From Candidatus Saccharimonadota bacterium (lineage in GTDB: Bacteria > Patescibacteriota > Gracilibacteria > UBA1369 > 2-02-FULL-48-14), in contig CP064962.1 in the NCBI GenBank assembly GCA_016699145.1, positions 750,001-782,000 of the forward strand: a stretch of DNA of 32,000 nt, given 5' to 3'. Within the stretch, counting starts at the first letter, position 1. Every line of letters begins with the position of its first letter. Positions 17,751 through 26,879 of this stretch are shown in pieces. Both the position numbers and the translations under genes were made by a program. The notes beneath the pieces were generated by a model. It ran no database searches. It was not told the origin of the DNA and saw only the letters and a program-made list of their open reading frames with translations.

Positions 17751-18928
17751 GAGGCTTTTAATAAAAGCTTCATCTCTCAATTCGTCACACGCCAAATCCT
17801 CCAGAGGACACGCCAACGAAGCCGCAGAGAAAGTGGTGTTTTTAAATGGAAAAACATAGCTCAAAACATCTCCTCCAAACCAGTCTTCACGATAAGTATC
17901 GCCCGAAAGCGCTGCTAAGTTAAAATGACCTTTCTGCAAGTAGGAAGAGTTGTCTTCCGTGATCTCCACCGCCACATAGTCATCCTTTTTCGAGAGATGA
18001 ACCCCCATGAGATCTCCATAAGCCAAGCAGGCCGCATCAGTGGTTTCAGCAAAAGTAAGCAAATCGTTGTAGTCGTCTTTTAGATAATAAGCTCGGTAGG
18101 CTTCATATTCGGGCACAATCGTAAAACCGATTCCCCAATCAGAAATAAAATATTCAGCCCCTGCTTCCGTGATCGAAACCGGCTCCACCAAGCTTCGTTC
18201 GCGAAGTTCTTTTGCCGTGCTCTCATCGGGATAGGGCGAGCCATTTTCACAGATTTGATAACCCAAAAAATCACGGTTGTCCGTGCCCTTTTCAAGAGCC
18301 CTTTGCGCATCGTGAGGAGCGACGAAATCACTCCAAAAATCGATTTCAGATAGACAAAGATCGCTGTACCTAGAGCCCGGGTAAAACTCCAAAACCTGGA
18401 GGTGAACGCTGCTAACATCTTTCGCGTTGAGTTCAAAAACTGCATTCCATAAACTTCTTCAAACGAGAGCGTTTCATCCACAGAATCCACTTGTTCGGAA
18501 CCGTTGTAAGTAAGAGCCACTGTTTTCCAACGCGCATTCTTAAAAAACAAAGCTTCGTCCACTGCATAGCCGGGCACAAATCCCACACTGCCCAAGTCGG
18601 TCATTGTATCGAAAGTCAGGGTCAAGCTGGGCAAGGCCTCCGCCGTGCACCATGCGGTTCCCCAATTTTCGTCAAAGGCAAAACGTGGATCGTAAGCCAG
18701 CCTTTCGATCTCATCGTAAGGCAAAAAAGAGGAAGCCACCGCCTCTGTGAGATACCGGTTTGAAGTGACTGAATACTCTTCTTCAACCGGGGCCAAAGGC
18801 TCCTCGATTTCGCCGAGTCCCAGAGGCTTAACCGGCGATTCAGAGCCAAATCCAAAACCAACGAAACCCACGAACAGAAACACCACCACCACGAAGATTG
18901 CTCCAACAAGAAAGAAATGAGGTTTCAT
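17733..18928 (-). pseudogene. membrane-anchored galactose-binding-like (discoidin/F5-8 type C-like) domain protein, interrupted by a 1-nt frameshift
   Basis: Track ORFs 18080-18928 and 17733-18392 overlap in different frames. The domain FDENWGTAWCTAE...VGFVPGYA...KNARWKTVALTYNGSEQ...LSFEEVYGMQF continues in the other frame as ELNAKDVSSVHLQVLEFYPGSRYSDLCLSEIDFW. One extra T (coding strand) in the run at 18435-18439 joins them into about 398 aa. The N-terminus is a TM anchor (FFLVGAIFVVVVFLFVGFVGFGF). Confidence 0.75.
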
Positions 18929-18930
18929 CT

Positions 18931-19329
18931 TTAATCCAGGTTATCAATCCCTCCCCCAGAAGACCCTCCATCGGGCAGGCGGAAGTTGGAAACGAAATCG
19001 AAAATTTCACCCAAATTGATGTATTGCACCACGTTGAGCCCCACCGCATTCCCCACCATGATCACAATCACCACCGAAAGCATGGTCACCACCAGCCCCA
19101 CAATGGCATAACGAATGGTGGACACAGCTTGCTTGATTTTGCCCTCGTCTCCTCCTGAAAGAATGAAAGAAATACCTCCAAAAAAGATGAAAACGACGCT
19201 CAAAAACCCGGCAATGATGATTCCATAAGCAATGGTGCGATTCACAATTTCGAGTGCATCGTAACGCTGAGCCACGTCCAAAATCGAACCTTCATTCACA
19301 GTGGCGAGTACAAACGGAAGAAAAGACAT
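18931..19329 (-). CDS. small two-TM membrane protein, TrbC/VirB2-like (pilin-like)
   Basis: 132 aa. IAGFLSVVFIFFGGISFILSGGDEGKIKQAVSTIRYAIVGLVVTMLSVVIV matches the pattern of VirB2/TrbC-type mini-pilins (TM, then G..y..SgGd..k...Ak, then TM). Pattern-level call only. Confidence 0.35.
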   Translation of the reverse strand: MSFLPFVLATVNEGSILDVAQRYDALEIVNRTIAYGIIIAGFLSVVFIFFGGISFILSGGDEGKIKQAVSTIRYAIVGLVVTMLSVVIVIMVGNAVGLNVVQYINLGEIFDFVSNFRLPDGGSSGGGIDNLD

Positions 19330-19353
19330 AGCGCGGATTAAAGTGCTGCCATA

Positions 19354-19629
19354 TTAGCTTACCGTCCCATCCGGTTCAACAATTTTCAAATTGTAACGGG
19401 CATCGTTCTTAGCCCCCATCATCCTCAAAAGGACGCGAAGGGACTTGGCCGTTTGCCCCGATTTACCGATGATTTTACCCATATCGGGTTGAGCCACCCT
19501 CAAGGTGATGAGCACGCCAAGGCTGTCGACGGTCATTGTCACCTCCACCGCATCGGGAGCATCGACAATGTTTTTAACAACAAACTCAATAAAATCTCGA
19601 GCGGCATTTCCTGATACATCAGAAGGCAT
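19354..19629 (-). CDS. KH-domain RNA-binding protein (YlqC/KhpA-like)
   Basis: 91 aa with the KH GxxG loop in MGKIIGKSGQTAKSLRVLL. Sits immediately downstream of rpsP, as in many bacteria. Confidence 0.8.
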   Translation of the reverse strand: MPSDVSGNAARDFIEFVVKNIVDAPDAVEVTMTVDSLGVLITLRVAQPDMGKIIGKSGQTAKSLRVLLRMMGAKNDARYNLKIVEPDGTVS

Positions 19630-19655
19630 AAAATAGGCGTTAATGAAAGTGGGAA

Positions 19656-20036
19656 TTACTGAGCTGCCACTTCTTCGGCAGGAGCTTCGGCCACAGGGGC
19701 TTCAGCTGCAGGTGCGGAGGGAGCAGGCGCCACTGCACTTTCAACAGGGGCTTTGGTAGCTTTGCGTTTTTTGTTGCGGTTCCCAATGAATTTTTCCATG
19801 CCACTCACCCCCTGAGCTTTCATGAGGCTGGCCACGGTATCAGAAGCTTGCGCTCCTTTAGAAACCCAGAACTCAAATCGATCCTTCTTAAACTCGAGCT
19901 TCTTGTTCTCAGAAGGATTGTAGAAACCGATCACTTCCATGTGCGCTCCTTTCACAGCAGCCCTTTTTTCAGCCACCACAATGCGATAAGCAGGTTCATT
20001 GGTCTTCCCGATACGAGTCAAACGGATTACGAGCAC
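19656..20036 (-). CDS. rpsP: 30S ribosomal protein S16
   Basis: (M)LVIRLTRIGKTNEPAYRIVVAEKRAAVKGAHMEVIGFYNP is a canonical S16 N-terminus, so I start at GTG 20036 rather than the track start at 20093. Ala/Pro-rich C-terminal extension. Confidence 0.85.
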   Translation of the reverse strand: MLVIRLTRIGKTNEPAYRIVVAEKRAAVKGAHMEVIGFYNPSENKKLEFKKDRFEFWVSKGAQASDTVASLMKAQGVSGMEKFIGNRNKKRKATKAPVESAVAPAPSAPAAEAPVAEAPAEEVAAQ

Positions 20037-20115
20037 AGAAATTAGGTTAAATTGCCTATCGATTTTAGTGTTGAACGGTGAATTGTCAAGCAAAAAAACG
20101 GTTCCAGCCGCATCC

Positions 20116-20424
20116 TTAAGCCTCCACCACCGTTCTCAAATCGTCCACGCCACTGTGTTCTGCCATATTCAAGTTGAGTTGCACTAAAAGTTCATGCCGG
20201 TGCACATAAACCCGTTGGGCCCACACACTGCTGGGCACCGCAATGTACAAAATTTTTCCTTTCACAAACTTGGGGCGAACCACCGGGGATGCATCTTCGC
20301 CCAAAATGCTAGGCATGAGAGTTCTAAAACGCTGACAAACCAAAGCAGCACGGGCCTCCCGCTCAATCTTGTACTTAGCCAGGGCCTTGGGGATAAAATC
20401 TGAAAAAAGAGAGAAATCACTCAT
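20116..20424 (-). CDS. DUF721 / DciA-like protein
   Basis: 102 aa. VRPKFVKGKILYIAVPSSVWAQRVYVHRHELLVQLN fits the DUF721 pattern (p..l.dg.L.v.v.ss.wa.el......ll..ln). Overlaps the upstream GT gene stop by 8 nt. Confidence 0.5.
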   Translation of the reverse strand: MSDFSLFSDFIPKALAKYKIEREARAALVCQRFRTLMPSILGEDASPVVRPKFVKGKILYIAVPSSVWAQRVYVHRHELLVQLNLNMAEHSGVDDLRTVVEA

Positions 20425-21541
20425 CGATTGAAGTATAAACCTCCAAGGTCTCCTTAGCCATTTTTTCCCAAGAAAACTTCAAACTGTGCTTGAGCCCGCA
20501 TTCGCGAAGTTCCGCCTGCAAAGTGGGGTCTAAAAGCACCTTGCGCACGTTGTTGGCGATGTCTTCAGGGTCATAAGGATCAAAAAACAGCGCATTGTGC
20601 TCACCACACACCTCCGGGATGCAAGAGGTTTTGGAGGCAACCACGGGCGTTCCACAACGCATCGCTTCAAGCGGAGGTAAGCCGAACCCTTCGTAAAGAG
20701 AAGGAAAAACATAAACTTTGGCCGCCTGATACAGCGCCACGAGTTCCGCTTCAGAAACCATGCCCGTGTAAATCACATGATGATCCAGCCCCAATTCGCT
20801 GACGGTACGTTTCACTTCGGGGTAATAAGGATCTTCCTCACCCGTGATGACCAAAGAAAGATCAAAACCCTCATTCCCTTCGCGCAGCAGGGCAAACGCT
20901 TTGACCAAATTCACCAAATTTTTATGTCCACGCCACACGCCGGTGTAGAGCAAAAAGTCCTTAGAAATGCCATATTTGCGCTTCACATGCTCAATCTGCT
21001 CTTTGTTTTCACGCGGACCAAATTGTTCGCACACTCCTTCATAAATCACGTCAATTTTGGAAGAAGGCGTGCCAATGACTTCCATGAGGTCTTGCTTGGT
21101 GTTTTCAGAAACAGCGATGACTTTTTTACTGTGTTTTACCGCAGATTTCAGCACCCAATTGTAGGCGGTGCGATAAAAAGCCGAATTCATTTTCTTGCCC
21201 GGGAAGAAAGAAAGCGTCAAATCGTGGATCGTCACCACGCTGGGCTTGCTGTACAAAATAGGAGCATTGAAATGCGTGAAATGCATCAGGTCGAGCTTGG
21301 CCCTTTTCAAAATGCGCAAGTAACGAACTTGCTCTTTTAAAGTGTAATGCCGCGCATTCACCAAAACCTTTGAAAAGCGCTTGTTTGGGGGCTCAAACGC
21401 ATCGTATTCAGGGCGATTCATAAAAATCACATACTCATTTTTCTTGTCCAATTCAGCCAGGTGACGAATGAGTTCATACACATAGCGGCCAATTCCTGTG
21501 AACTCGGCACTGTACATGCGAGCATCGATTCCAATTCTCAT
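20417..21541 (-). CDS. GT4-family (GT-B) glycosyltransferase
   Basis: 374 aa. MRIGIDAR...TGIGRYV N-terminus and the C-terminal E-x7-E region [26 protein letters not shown]. Confidence 0.85.
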   Translation of the reverse strand: MRIGIDARMYSAEFTGIGRYVYELIRHLAELDKKNEYVIFMNRPEYDAFEPPNKRFSKVLVNARHYTLKEQVRYLRILKRAKLDLMHFTHFNAPILYSKPSVVTIHDLTLSFFPGKKMNSAFYRTAYNWVLKSAVKHSKKVIAVSENTKQDLMEVIGTPSSKIDVIYEGVCEQFGPRENKEQIEHVKRKYGISKDFLLYTGVWRGHKNLVNLVKAFALLREGNEGFDLSLVITGEEDPYYPEVKRTVSELGLDHHVIYTGMVSEAELVALYQAAKVYVFPSLYEGFGLPPLEAMRCGTPVVASKTSCIPEVCGEHNALFFDPYDPEDIANNVRKVLLDPTLQAELRECGLKHSLKFSWEKMAKETLEVYTSIDE

Positions 21542-21661
21542 GATGTGCTTTTAAGCCTAGCCGTTCTACACGAAGTTCCCGGTGGGGTCAAAGGGCTTGC
21601 AGGCCAACAGTGCTGGCCAAAACATCTACCAGGAAATAAACCATTGTGCTATACCAAGAAC

Positions 21662-22204
21662 ATGAAAGAATTTTTCAAGAAGAATTTCGCCATAGTGTTG
21701 GCCTTTGCCTTGCCGGTTGTGTTTATAGCCGTCATCGCTTTGAGTGCCTACCTCCCGTCCATTTTTCTCTCTACAAATTATAATTTCGTATACACATCTT
21801 GCACCGATGGAGTGGATTACTACCCCTATTACTGCAGTGACTATCTTCAAAAGCGCTATTCAGTGGTGAATGGGAAATTTGTCGTGAATTCCATGGATTT
21901 TGACGGAAATTATACAGCGCGTGTTTTCTTGCACGACACAAAAAACAATGAGAGCAGAGAAATCACTTTAGAGGAAGCGCAAACCCTTTCTTTAAACGGG
22001 CTTTTAACATCACCTGACGGCGTTACTGTTTCCAGCAACTACGACAGTGGAACAGATTTACTCTTTTTTGATAGCGGCTCTTCATATGGTTACTACCTTA
22101 CAAAAGGCAGCAGCCGGAGCAAGCTCAATTTGATAAATAATGGGGATGGGTATTACCAAGACAACGTCCAATTTATTGGATGGGTTTTGCCTGGCAGAGA
22201 TTAA
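21662..22204 (+). CDS. hypothetical N-terminally membrane-anchored protein
   Basis: I prefer ATG 21662 (MKEFFKKNFAIVLAFALPVVFIAVIALSAYL = TM anchor). The track ORF start at 21461 lies inside the divergent GT gene. No family recognised. Confidence 0.55.
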   Translation: MKEFFKKNFAIVLAFALPVVFIAVIALSAYLPSIFLSTNYNFVYTSCTDGVDYYPYYCSDYLQKRYSVVNGKFVVNSMDFDGNYTARVFLHDTKNNESREITLEEAQTLSLNGLLTSPDGVTVSSNYDSGTDLLFFDSGSSYGYYLTKGSSRSKLNLINNGDGYYQDNVQFIGWVLPGRD

Positions 22205-22217
22205 AAAATTCAAGACC

Positions 22218-23174
22218 ATGGACAAAGAAAAACTCTTGCAAGAACTTTCGCTAAAAATGAGCACCGGCGAAATAAGTCGCGAAGAAGTTCTTGGTCGACT
22301 CAATCTTGTCGCGTCCGCGAAGTCCCCACAATTTTCCGTGACGAAAATCTTGTATATTTTGGGCGCAGCAACAGTCATCATTGGCATCAGCATTTTCACT
22401 GCTCAAGTGTGGGACGATATGGGCTCTTTGAGTCGTATAGCAATCACATTGGGCCTCGGCTTACTCATCGCAGCCATGGGCTCCCTGCTGCTCAAACAAA
22501 AACCAAAGGACAACCTGGGTGCAATTTTCCATTTCATCGGTGGCATCTTGATCCCCGGTGGCGCAACGACAACGCTTTACGAGCTTCGAGTGGATTCTGT
22601 TTCTTTGTGGCTTCTTGCCATCACATTTGGCGTTATCTCCGCATTTTATTTGCTGCTGAACTCAGCTCACAAACATCCCATTTTGACATTTTTCGCAATA
22701 GCAAATGGAACAACGTTTATTTATCTCCTTGTTGAGGCGATGCTTGAAGCAACTCACCTTCCCTACGAAGATTTGTATGCTCACCTCACTATGATTATAG
22801 GGGTGAGCTATCTCTTTCTTGCGCACGCTTTTCGTGGTGGGTGGAATAAAAAATTACTTGGCGCACTTTATTTCTTTGGTAGCGGCGGATTTCTCGGTGC
22901 CGCATTCTCACAGGTTTTCGATTCTACTCCGTGGCAGTTGTTTTACTTCTTCATTGTACTCGGAGGACTATTTCTGTCTGTTTACATGAAAAGCCGCAGT
23001 ATTCTCGTCATGAGCACACTTTTCCTCATCGCCCATGTTTCATACATCACAGGCGAATATTTTGCGGACTCGCTTGGCTGGCCGATTTCTCTTGTGCTTC
23101 TTGGTTTTACATTCATCGGTCTTGGCTACGCCTCGGTTACCATCAACAAGAAGTACATCAAGGGTGCTAAATGA
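22218..23174 (+). CDS. polytopic membrane protein (DUF2157-like, tentative)
   Basis: I prefer ATG 22218 (MDKEKLLQELSLKMSTGEISREEVLGRL), followed by about 8 hydrophobic segments. Starts 14 nt after the previous gene, so probably the same operon. Confidence 0.55.
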   Translation: MDKEKLLQELSLKMSTGEISREEVLGRLNLVASAKSPQFSVTKILYILGAATVIIGISIFTAQVWDDMGSLSRIAITLGLGLLIAAMGSLLLKQKPKDNLGAIFHFIGGILIPGGATTTLYELRVDSVSLWLLAITFGVISAFYLLLNSAHKHPILTFFAIANGTTFIYLLVEAMLEATHLPYEDLYAHLTMIIGVSYLFLAHAFRGGWNKKLLGALYFFGSGGFLGAAFSQVFDSTPWQLFYFFIVLGGLFLSVYMKSRSILVMSTLFLIAHVSYITGEYFADSLGWPISLVLLGFTFIGLGYASVTINKKYIKGAK

Positions 23175-23241
23175 CCAAAGGGTGTTGCTTGTGTTTTTTT
23201 GAGATGACCTCTAGTATCTTTGCTATACGAACTGCTGTTTT

Positions 23242-23601
23242 ATGGAAACGCTCATGAGTTTGAAAATACCGAGTGGGTGGGCGGTGAGTTACAATCGATT
23301 TCTTGATCTATCGATAGATGATAGTGCTCTACCGTCTGAGGATCTTGAGTTATTTGGAGAAGATATGCTTCAACTGCAGTCTATGATCCTTGAAAAAGGA
23401 GTTTGGCTTATTCCTCCGGAACATTTCTTAATAGATTTGGGTTGGTATCCGGAAGCAGATCCAAAGGGACAGTATAAGCTGCTATTGGCTCATGTGGATC
23501 GGACAAAAAACAAAAAATGGAAAGAGCTCAAGACGTTTCGTTCGAAGGATCGTTTTGAGATAAGAGAGATGCTAGAATCCTGGATTCAGGAAAAATATTG
23601 A
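23242..23601 (+). CDS. hypothetical cytoplasmic protein (orphan)
   Basis: 119-aa ORF, AT-richer than its neighbours by eye. No motif recognised. Confidence 0.45.
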   Translation: METLMSLKIPSGWAVSYNRFLDLSIDDSALPSEDLELFGEDMLQLQSMILEKGVWLIPPEHFLIDLGWYPEADPKGQYKLLLAHVDRTKNKKWKELKTFRSKDRFEIREMLESWIQEKY

Positions 23602-24198
23602 TAAGCTGTGGAATTGGTATAACACATGACAACAATGGTTCAAAAACACCCCTATTCATGGGAATTCAATTGCTCAAGACAAGGACATTGAGACTTTTCT
23701 ACGAGTGATTACTCCCTGGCGCATCCTTTGCAGGCGAGCGCCCTTTTTGAAGGGAATACTTTTAAGGTGTAACGTAAGTAAGCAAAGGGCTTGCAGGAAA
23801 GCGATCTGCATGAGATATTTACGCTCTGTTTTAACAAATACGATATGCCAGATAAACCAGACGATACCCCCCAAGAGCACAGAGTCGATCGCCGTGGGGG
23901 ATGGCAGGCCAGCGAAACCCCCGAGGACACAGGTTGGTCCAACGAGCGTAGGCATCACCCCCATGAGAGACCATCTCTCACTGAGGAGTCACCTGAAGCA
24001 AGGGCAGCCAGGTCAGCAGAACTTAAGGCAAAACTCGAGGTAAAATTGAAGGGAACGGGGGTAATAGTTAAGTAGAGGGAGATCCAAAGGAGCCCCTGAA
24101 TGACCCAAGCCGCCCTTCACCACTCTCCCGATAAAGCTATTGCACCTCAAACAGGCTTTTGCTAAAGTGCATCCGCTCCGCTCAGGAGAGCCCTTTAT

Positions 24199-24275
24199 GG
24201 GATGGTAGCTCAGTTGGTTAGAGCGCTGCCCTGTCACGGCAGAGGTCGCGGGTTCGAGTCCCGTTCATCCCGCCA
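24199..24275 (+). tRNA. tRNA-Asp (anticodon GUC), CCA encoded
   Basis: Cloverleaf read by hand. Acceptor GGGATGG/TCATCCC; D arm GCTC-AGTTGGTTA-GAGC; anticodon arm CTGCC-CTGTCAC-GGCAG (GTC); variable AGGTC; T arm GCGGG-TTCGAGT-CCCGT; discriminator G plus CCA. Confidence 0.95.
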
Positions 24276-24317
24276 TTTTAGGAGACAATCCTATAACATC
24301 TTCGTGTCTTTCACTGT

Positions 24318-24467
24318 ATGAACACAAATCTTAAAAAGAAGCCAAAAAGCAACGCGGTACGCATCCTCCAAGCCTTAGAACAATTGCCAATGGGCTCTTC
24401 TACCCTAAAGGACATTCGAAAAGACTATGGTGGCGAGTCTCGACTATGGGAAAAACCTACCTTTTAG
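24318..24467 (+). CDS. 49-aa ORF in antitoxin position upstream of the PIN gene (below the ORF-track size cut-off)
   Basis: Own translation: MNTNLKKKPKSNAVRILQALEQLPMGSSTLKDIRKDYGGESRLWEKPTF*. The 3' end overlaps the PIN gene start by 22 nt, which is the typical type II TA arrangement. No family recognised. Confidence 0.4.
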   Translation: MNTNLKKKPKSNAVRILQALEQLPMGSSTLKDIRKDYGGESRLWEKPTF

Positions 24468-24808
24468 ACACCAATGTACTTTCGGGTCTCCTCTCAAAAG
24501 ACCCCATCTACACACGCGGTGTTCAGGCTTATGCAGATGGGAACTGGGCTATTTCATCCATCACGGAATTTGAACTTTTCCTGTACAAGGAAAAGTTCGG
24601 TTTGCCATCCAACTTATTTCAGGATTTTTTAAGTGCTTTCATCGTTTATCCATTAGATACTGTGGTTTATGAAGTCGCAGCACGATTGTTTACTAAACGC
24701 CAACAGTCCAAGCCTCATATGGCCGATTTATTGATTGCTGCAAGCTCTATTGTTCATCAGGTGCCTTTGATCACAGCGGATAAGGACATGCAGAAATTAT
24801 TCTGCTGA
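24446..24808 (+). CDS. vapC: PIN-domain ribonuclease toxin (VapC-like)
   Basis: 120 aa. Conserved acidic residues in YLLDTNVL, SITEFEL, DLLIAASS and LITADKD. Confidence 0.8.
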   Translation: MGKTYLLDTNVLSGLLSKDPIYTRGVQAYADGNWAISSITEFELFLYKEKFGLPSNLFQDFLSAFIVYPLDTVVYEVAARLFTKRQQSKPHMADLLIAASSIVHQVPLITADKDMQKLFC

Positions 24809-24968
24809 AATGAGCATGAACTCTATAGGATCAGAAATCCCAAAAGAAGATCCCCGCCCACAGTTCTTGTGCAAACTCCTTGATGGGGAGTATGAGAATG
24901 TAGGCATTTTTCGAAGCCTCTACTGAAACAATTTTCAGGTGAGTGACCACAGATTGAGGCCTGATTCC

Positions 24969-25919
24969 TTATAGCCAGAGTATTAAGCCGATGTAAACTT
25001 TCCGCTCGTTATTGAGGACCTGGGCGATATGCGTATTAGCCGGGTCGTCATTAGGAAGATGAGACAAGTCGATTGTAGGCCAAAAGCACACAACATTCAC
25101 ACCACGCGAAAAACTCATATGCGTAAAGTTCTCACCAGGGGCTGCAAGCACCGCTACACCTATCTTTCCCTCTGTACATTCAACGGCATCAACATAACGC
25201 CCCCTGCTTACGGCTTCATAGGCGGCAACGGGGCCTGGCATTTGTGGCGTAGGATGATCCCGATCTGCTCTCTGGTATGCGAACCGTATACGATAACCGG
25301 CTGTTTCCGCTGCCTGGACCATTTCATGAGGGTTTGCCCACGTACCCGAATCTAGCTGCAGGGCTTCTGCATGAGGTAAGAGGAGCGGCTTTCCAGTAAT
25401 CTCAGGAGAATTATATTGATTGTGAGCAAGTTGAAAAAGCTTGGAATCAGGCCAGTCCTTTTCCCACCTCACATTCATAATTTCTGAAGATCTTTGACGA
25501 ATAGCAGGGGTCCCGTCAGGCCAAACTCCAACCAAAAAAGGCCCACCTGGCATCGCCTCAGCCAACTTGAGTTTGGCAGCATCATTTACCAACAGATATT
25601 CTCGCAACCGAGCTTCCATTCCACCCTCACCACCCCATGGGATACCCGCCGTCCGGTTCTGCTGAAGAGCCGCCTCATAATCCTTATCTATTGACTTTGA
25701 ATAATCTAGTTCCACAACAACGATACCATTCTCATCATAGTCTTTCTTCAACGCCGCAAGGACCCTTTCCAAGCGCTCCTCCACACTCTCGGTAGCACTT
25801 TCAATGGCACCATATACAGCAGATGTAACCTTTGCCACAGCAGGCGCTGGCTTAGGTAGAAGCTGAGGTGCTTTAGGACCGCCTTCGGCTGAGGGAGGAA
25901 CATCTGGATCTGAGGGCAT
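24969..25919 (-). CDS. hypothetical protein with Pro-rich N-terminus (orphan)
   Basis: I prefer ATG 25919 (MPSDPDVPPSAEGGPKAPQLLPKPAP...), giving 316 aa. The track start at 25976 adds 19 aa. No TM segment, signal peptide or motif recognised. Confidence 0.55.
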   Translation of the reverse strand: MPSDPDVPPSAEGGPKAPQLLPKPAPAVAKVTSAVYGAIESATESVEERLERVLAALKKDYDENGIVVVELDYSKSIDKDYEAALQQNRTAGIPWGGEGGMEARLREYLLVNDAAKLKLAEAMPGGPFLVGVWPDGTPAIRQRSSEIMNVRWEKDWPDSKLFQLAHNQYNSPEITGKPLLLPHAEALQLDSGTWANPHEMVQAAETAGYRIRFAYQRADRDHPTPQMPGPVAAYEAVSRGRYVDAVECTEGKIGVAVLAAPGENFTHMSFSRGVNVVCFWPTIDLSHLPNDDPANTHIAQVLNNERKVYIGLILWL

Positions 25920-26054
25920 AATGCAGGTGGCTACAATGGGGTGTAAAGTACGCCTTTTAACCCAAACTGTCAACATTTTGTACTCGTCCGCCCCACACCA
26001 CCCTCCTCAACACCTCACAATTTACGCCATTCGTCCCTTTTGCTACACTCCTTC

Positions 26055-26879
26055 ATGCGCCACGCCCTTGTCATTTATAATCCTGTTTCCGGCTCCAAAA
26101 AGTGGAGGGATGTGCCCGCGACCCTCCGCAAGGTTTTGCTCCAAGAAAATTACAGCCACACGTGGTTCGAAACCCAGCCCGTCAAACGGCAAAATTTTTC
26201 TGCACTCGGCTCCCAAAAATACGATCGCATCATCGCCTGCGGCGGGGATGGAACCATTGCCGAAGTGGTCACTTGGATGATTCAAAACAAGCTCAAAACG
26301 CCTCTGGTTGTGCTGTCACTCGGCAGCGCCAATCTATTGGCGCGCAGCCTCGGCCTGCCCTTTCTCAACATCAAAAAAGCGCTGCAAGAGGGGCTCACCG
26401 CTCCCGGCAAACCCTTGGATGTGATGCGCATAAACGGCAAGCACATTGCACTCATCGCAGCGGGCCGCGGTTATGACGCCTTTCTTATGCAACACACACA
26501 GCGCACTGCCAAGCGGCGTTGGGGGCTTTTAGCCTACCTGGGGACTTTTTTAAAAACCTTCCTTTTTTATCGCAACAAACCTTATAAACTCACCGTGGAT
26601 GGGCAACGTTTTTACATCACGGCAAAAAGCATTATGGTCATTAACGTGGCCCCGCTTCCCCAAATGCTCATCAGCGGCCAAGACGGCATGCTCAATCTTT
26701 TTGCACTGGGGCGCTTCAACCGCTTGCGAAGCTGGAAAGGCAAAAAAATTTCCATAAAAACGCCGAACGAACTCACTTTTCAATTGGATGGAGAAGTCTT
26801 TAAAAGCAAAACACTGAACATCGAAGTCTTACCCGGAGCCATTCAGGTGGTTTATAAAAAATTCCTATTCCAAATATAA
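26055..26879 (+). CDS. diacylglycerol-kinase-family lipid kinase (YegS/DagK-like)
   Basis: LVIYNPVSGS N-terminus and the GGDGT motif (IIACGGDGTIAEV). ATG 26055 preferred over TTG 26040. Confidence 0.8.
   Translation: MRHALVIYNPVSGSKKWRDVPATLRKVLLQENYSHTWFETQPVKRQNFSALGSQKYDRIIACGGDGTIAEVVTWMIQNKLKTPLVVLSLGSANLLARSLGLPFLNIKKALQEGLTAPGKPLDVMRINGKHIALIAAGRGYDAFLMQHTQRTAKRRWGLLAYLGTFLKTFLFYRNKPYKLTVDGQRFYITAKSIMVINVAPLPQMLISGQDGMLNLFALGRFNRLRSWKGKKISIKTPNELTFQLDGEVFKSKTLNIEVLPGAIQVVYKKFLFQI

Noticed and set aside
23674-24075. Three mutually overlapping ORFs (23674-23964 minus; 23705-24043 and 23791-24075 plus) upstream of tRNA-Asp.
   Set aside because: They cannot all be real and none has a recognisable motif. 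Only the shorter ATG-initiated version (23845-24075) looks protein-like, and I mention it only within a finding.
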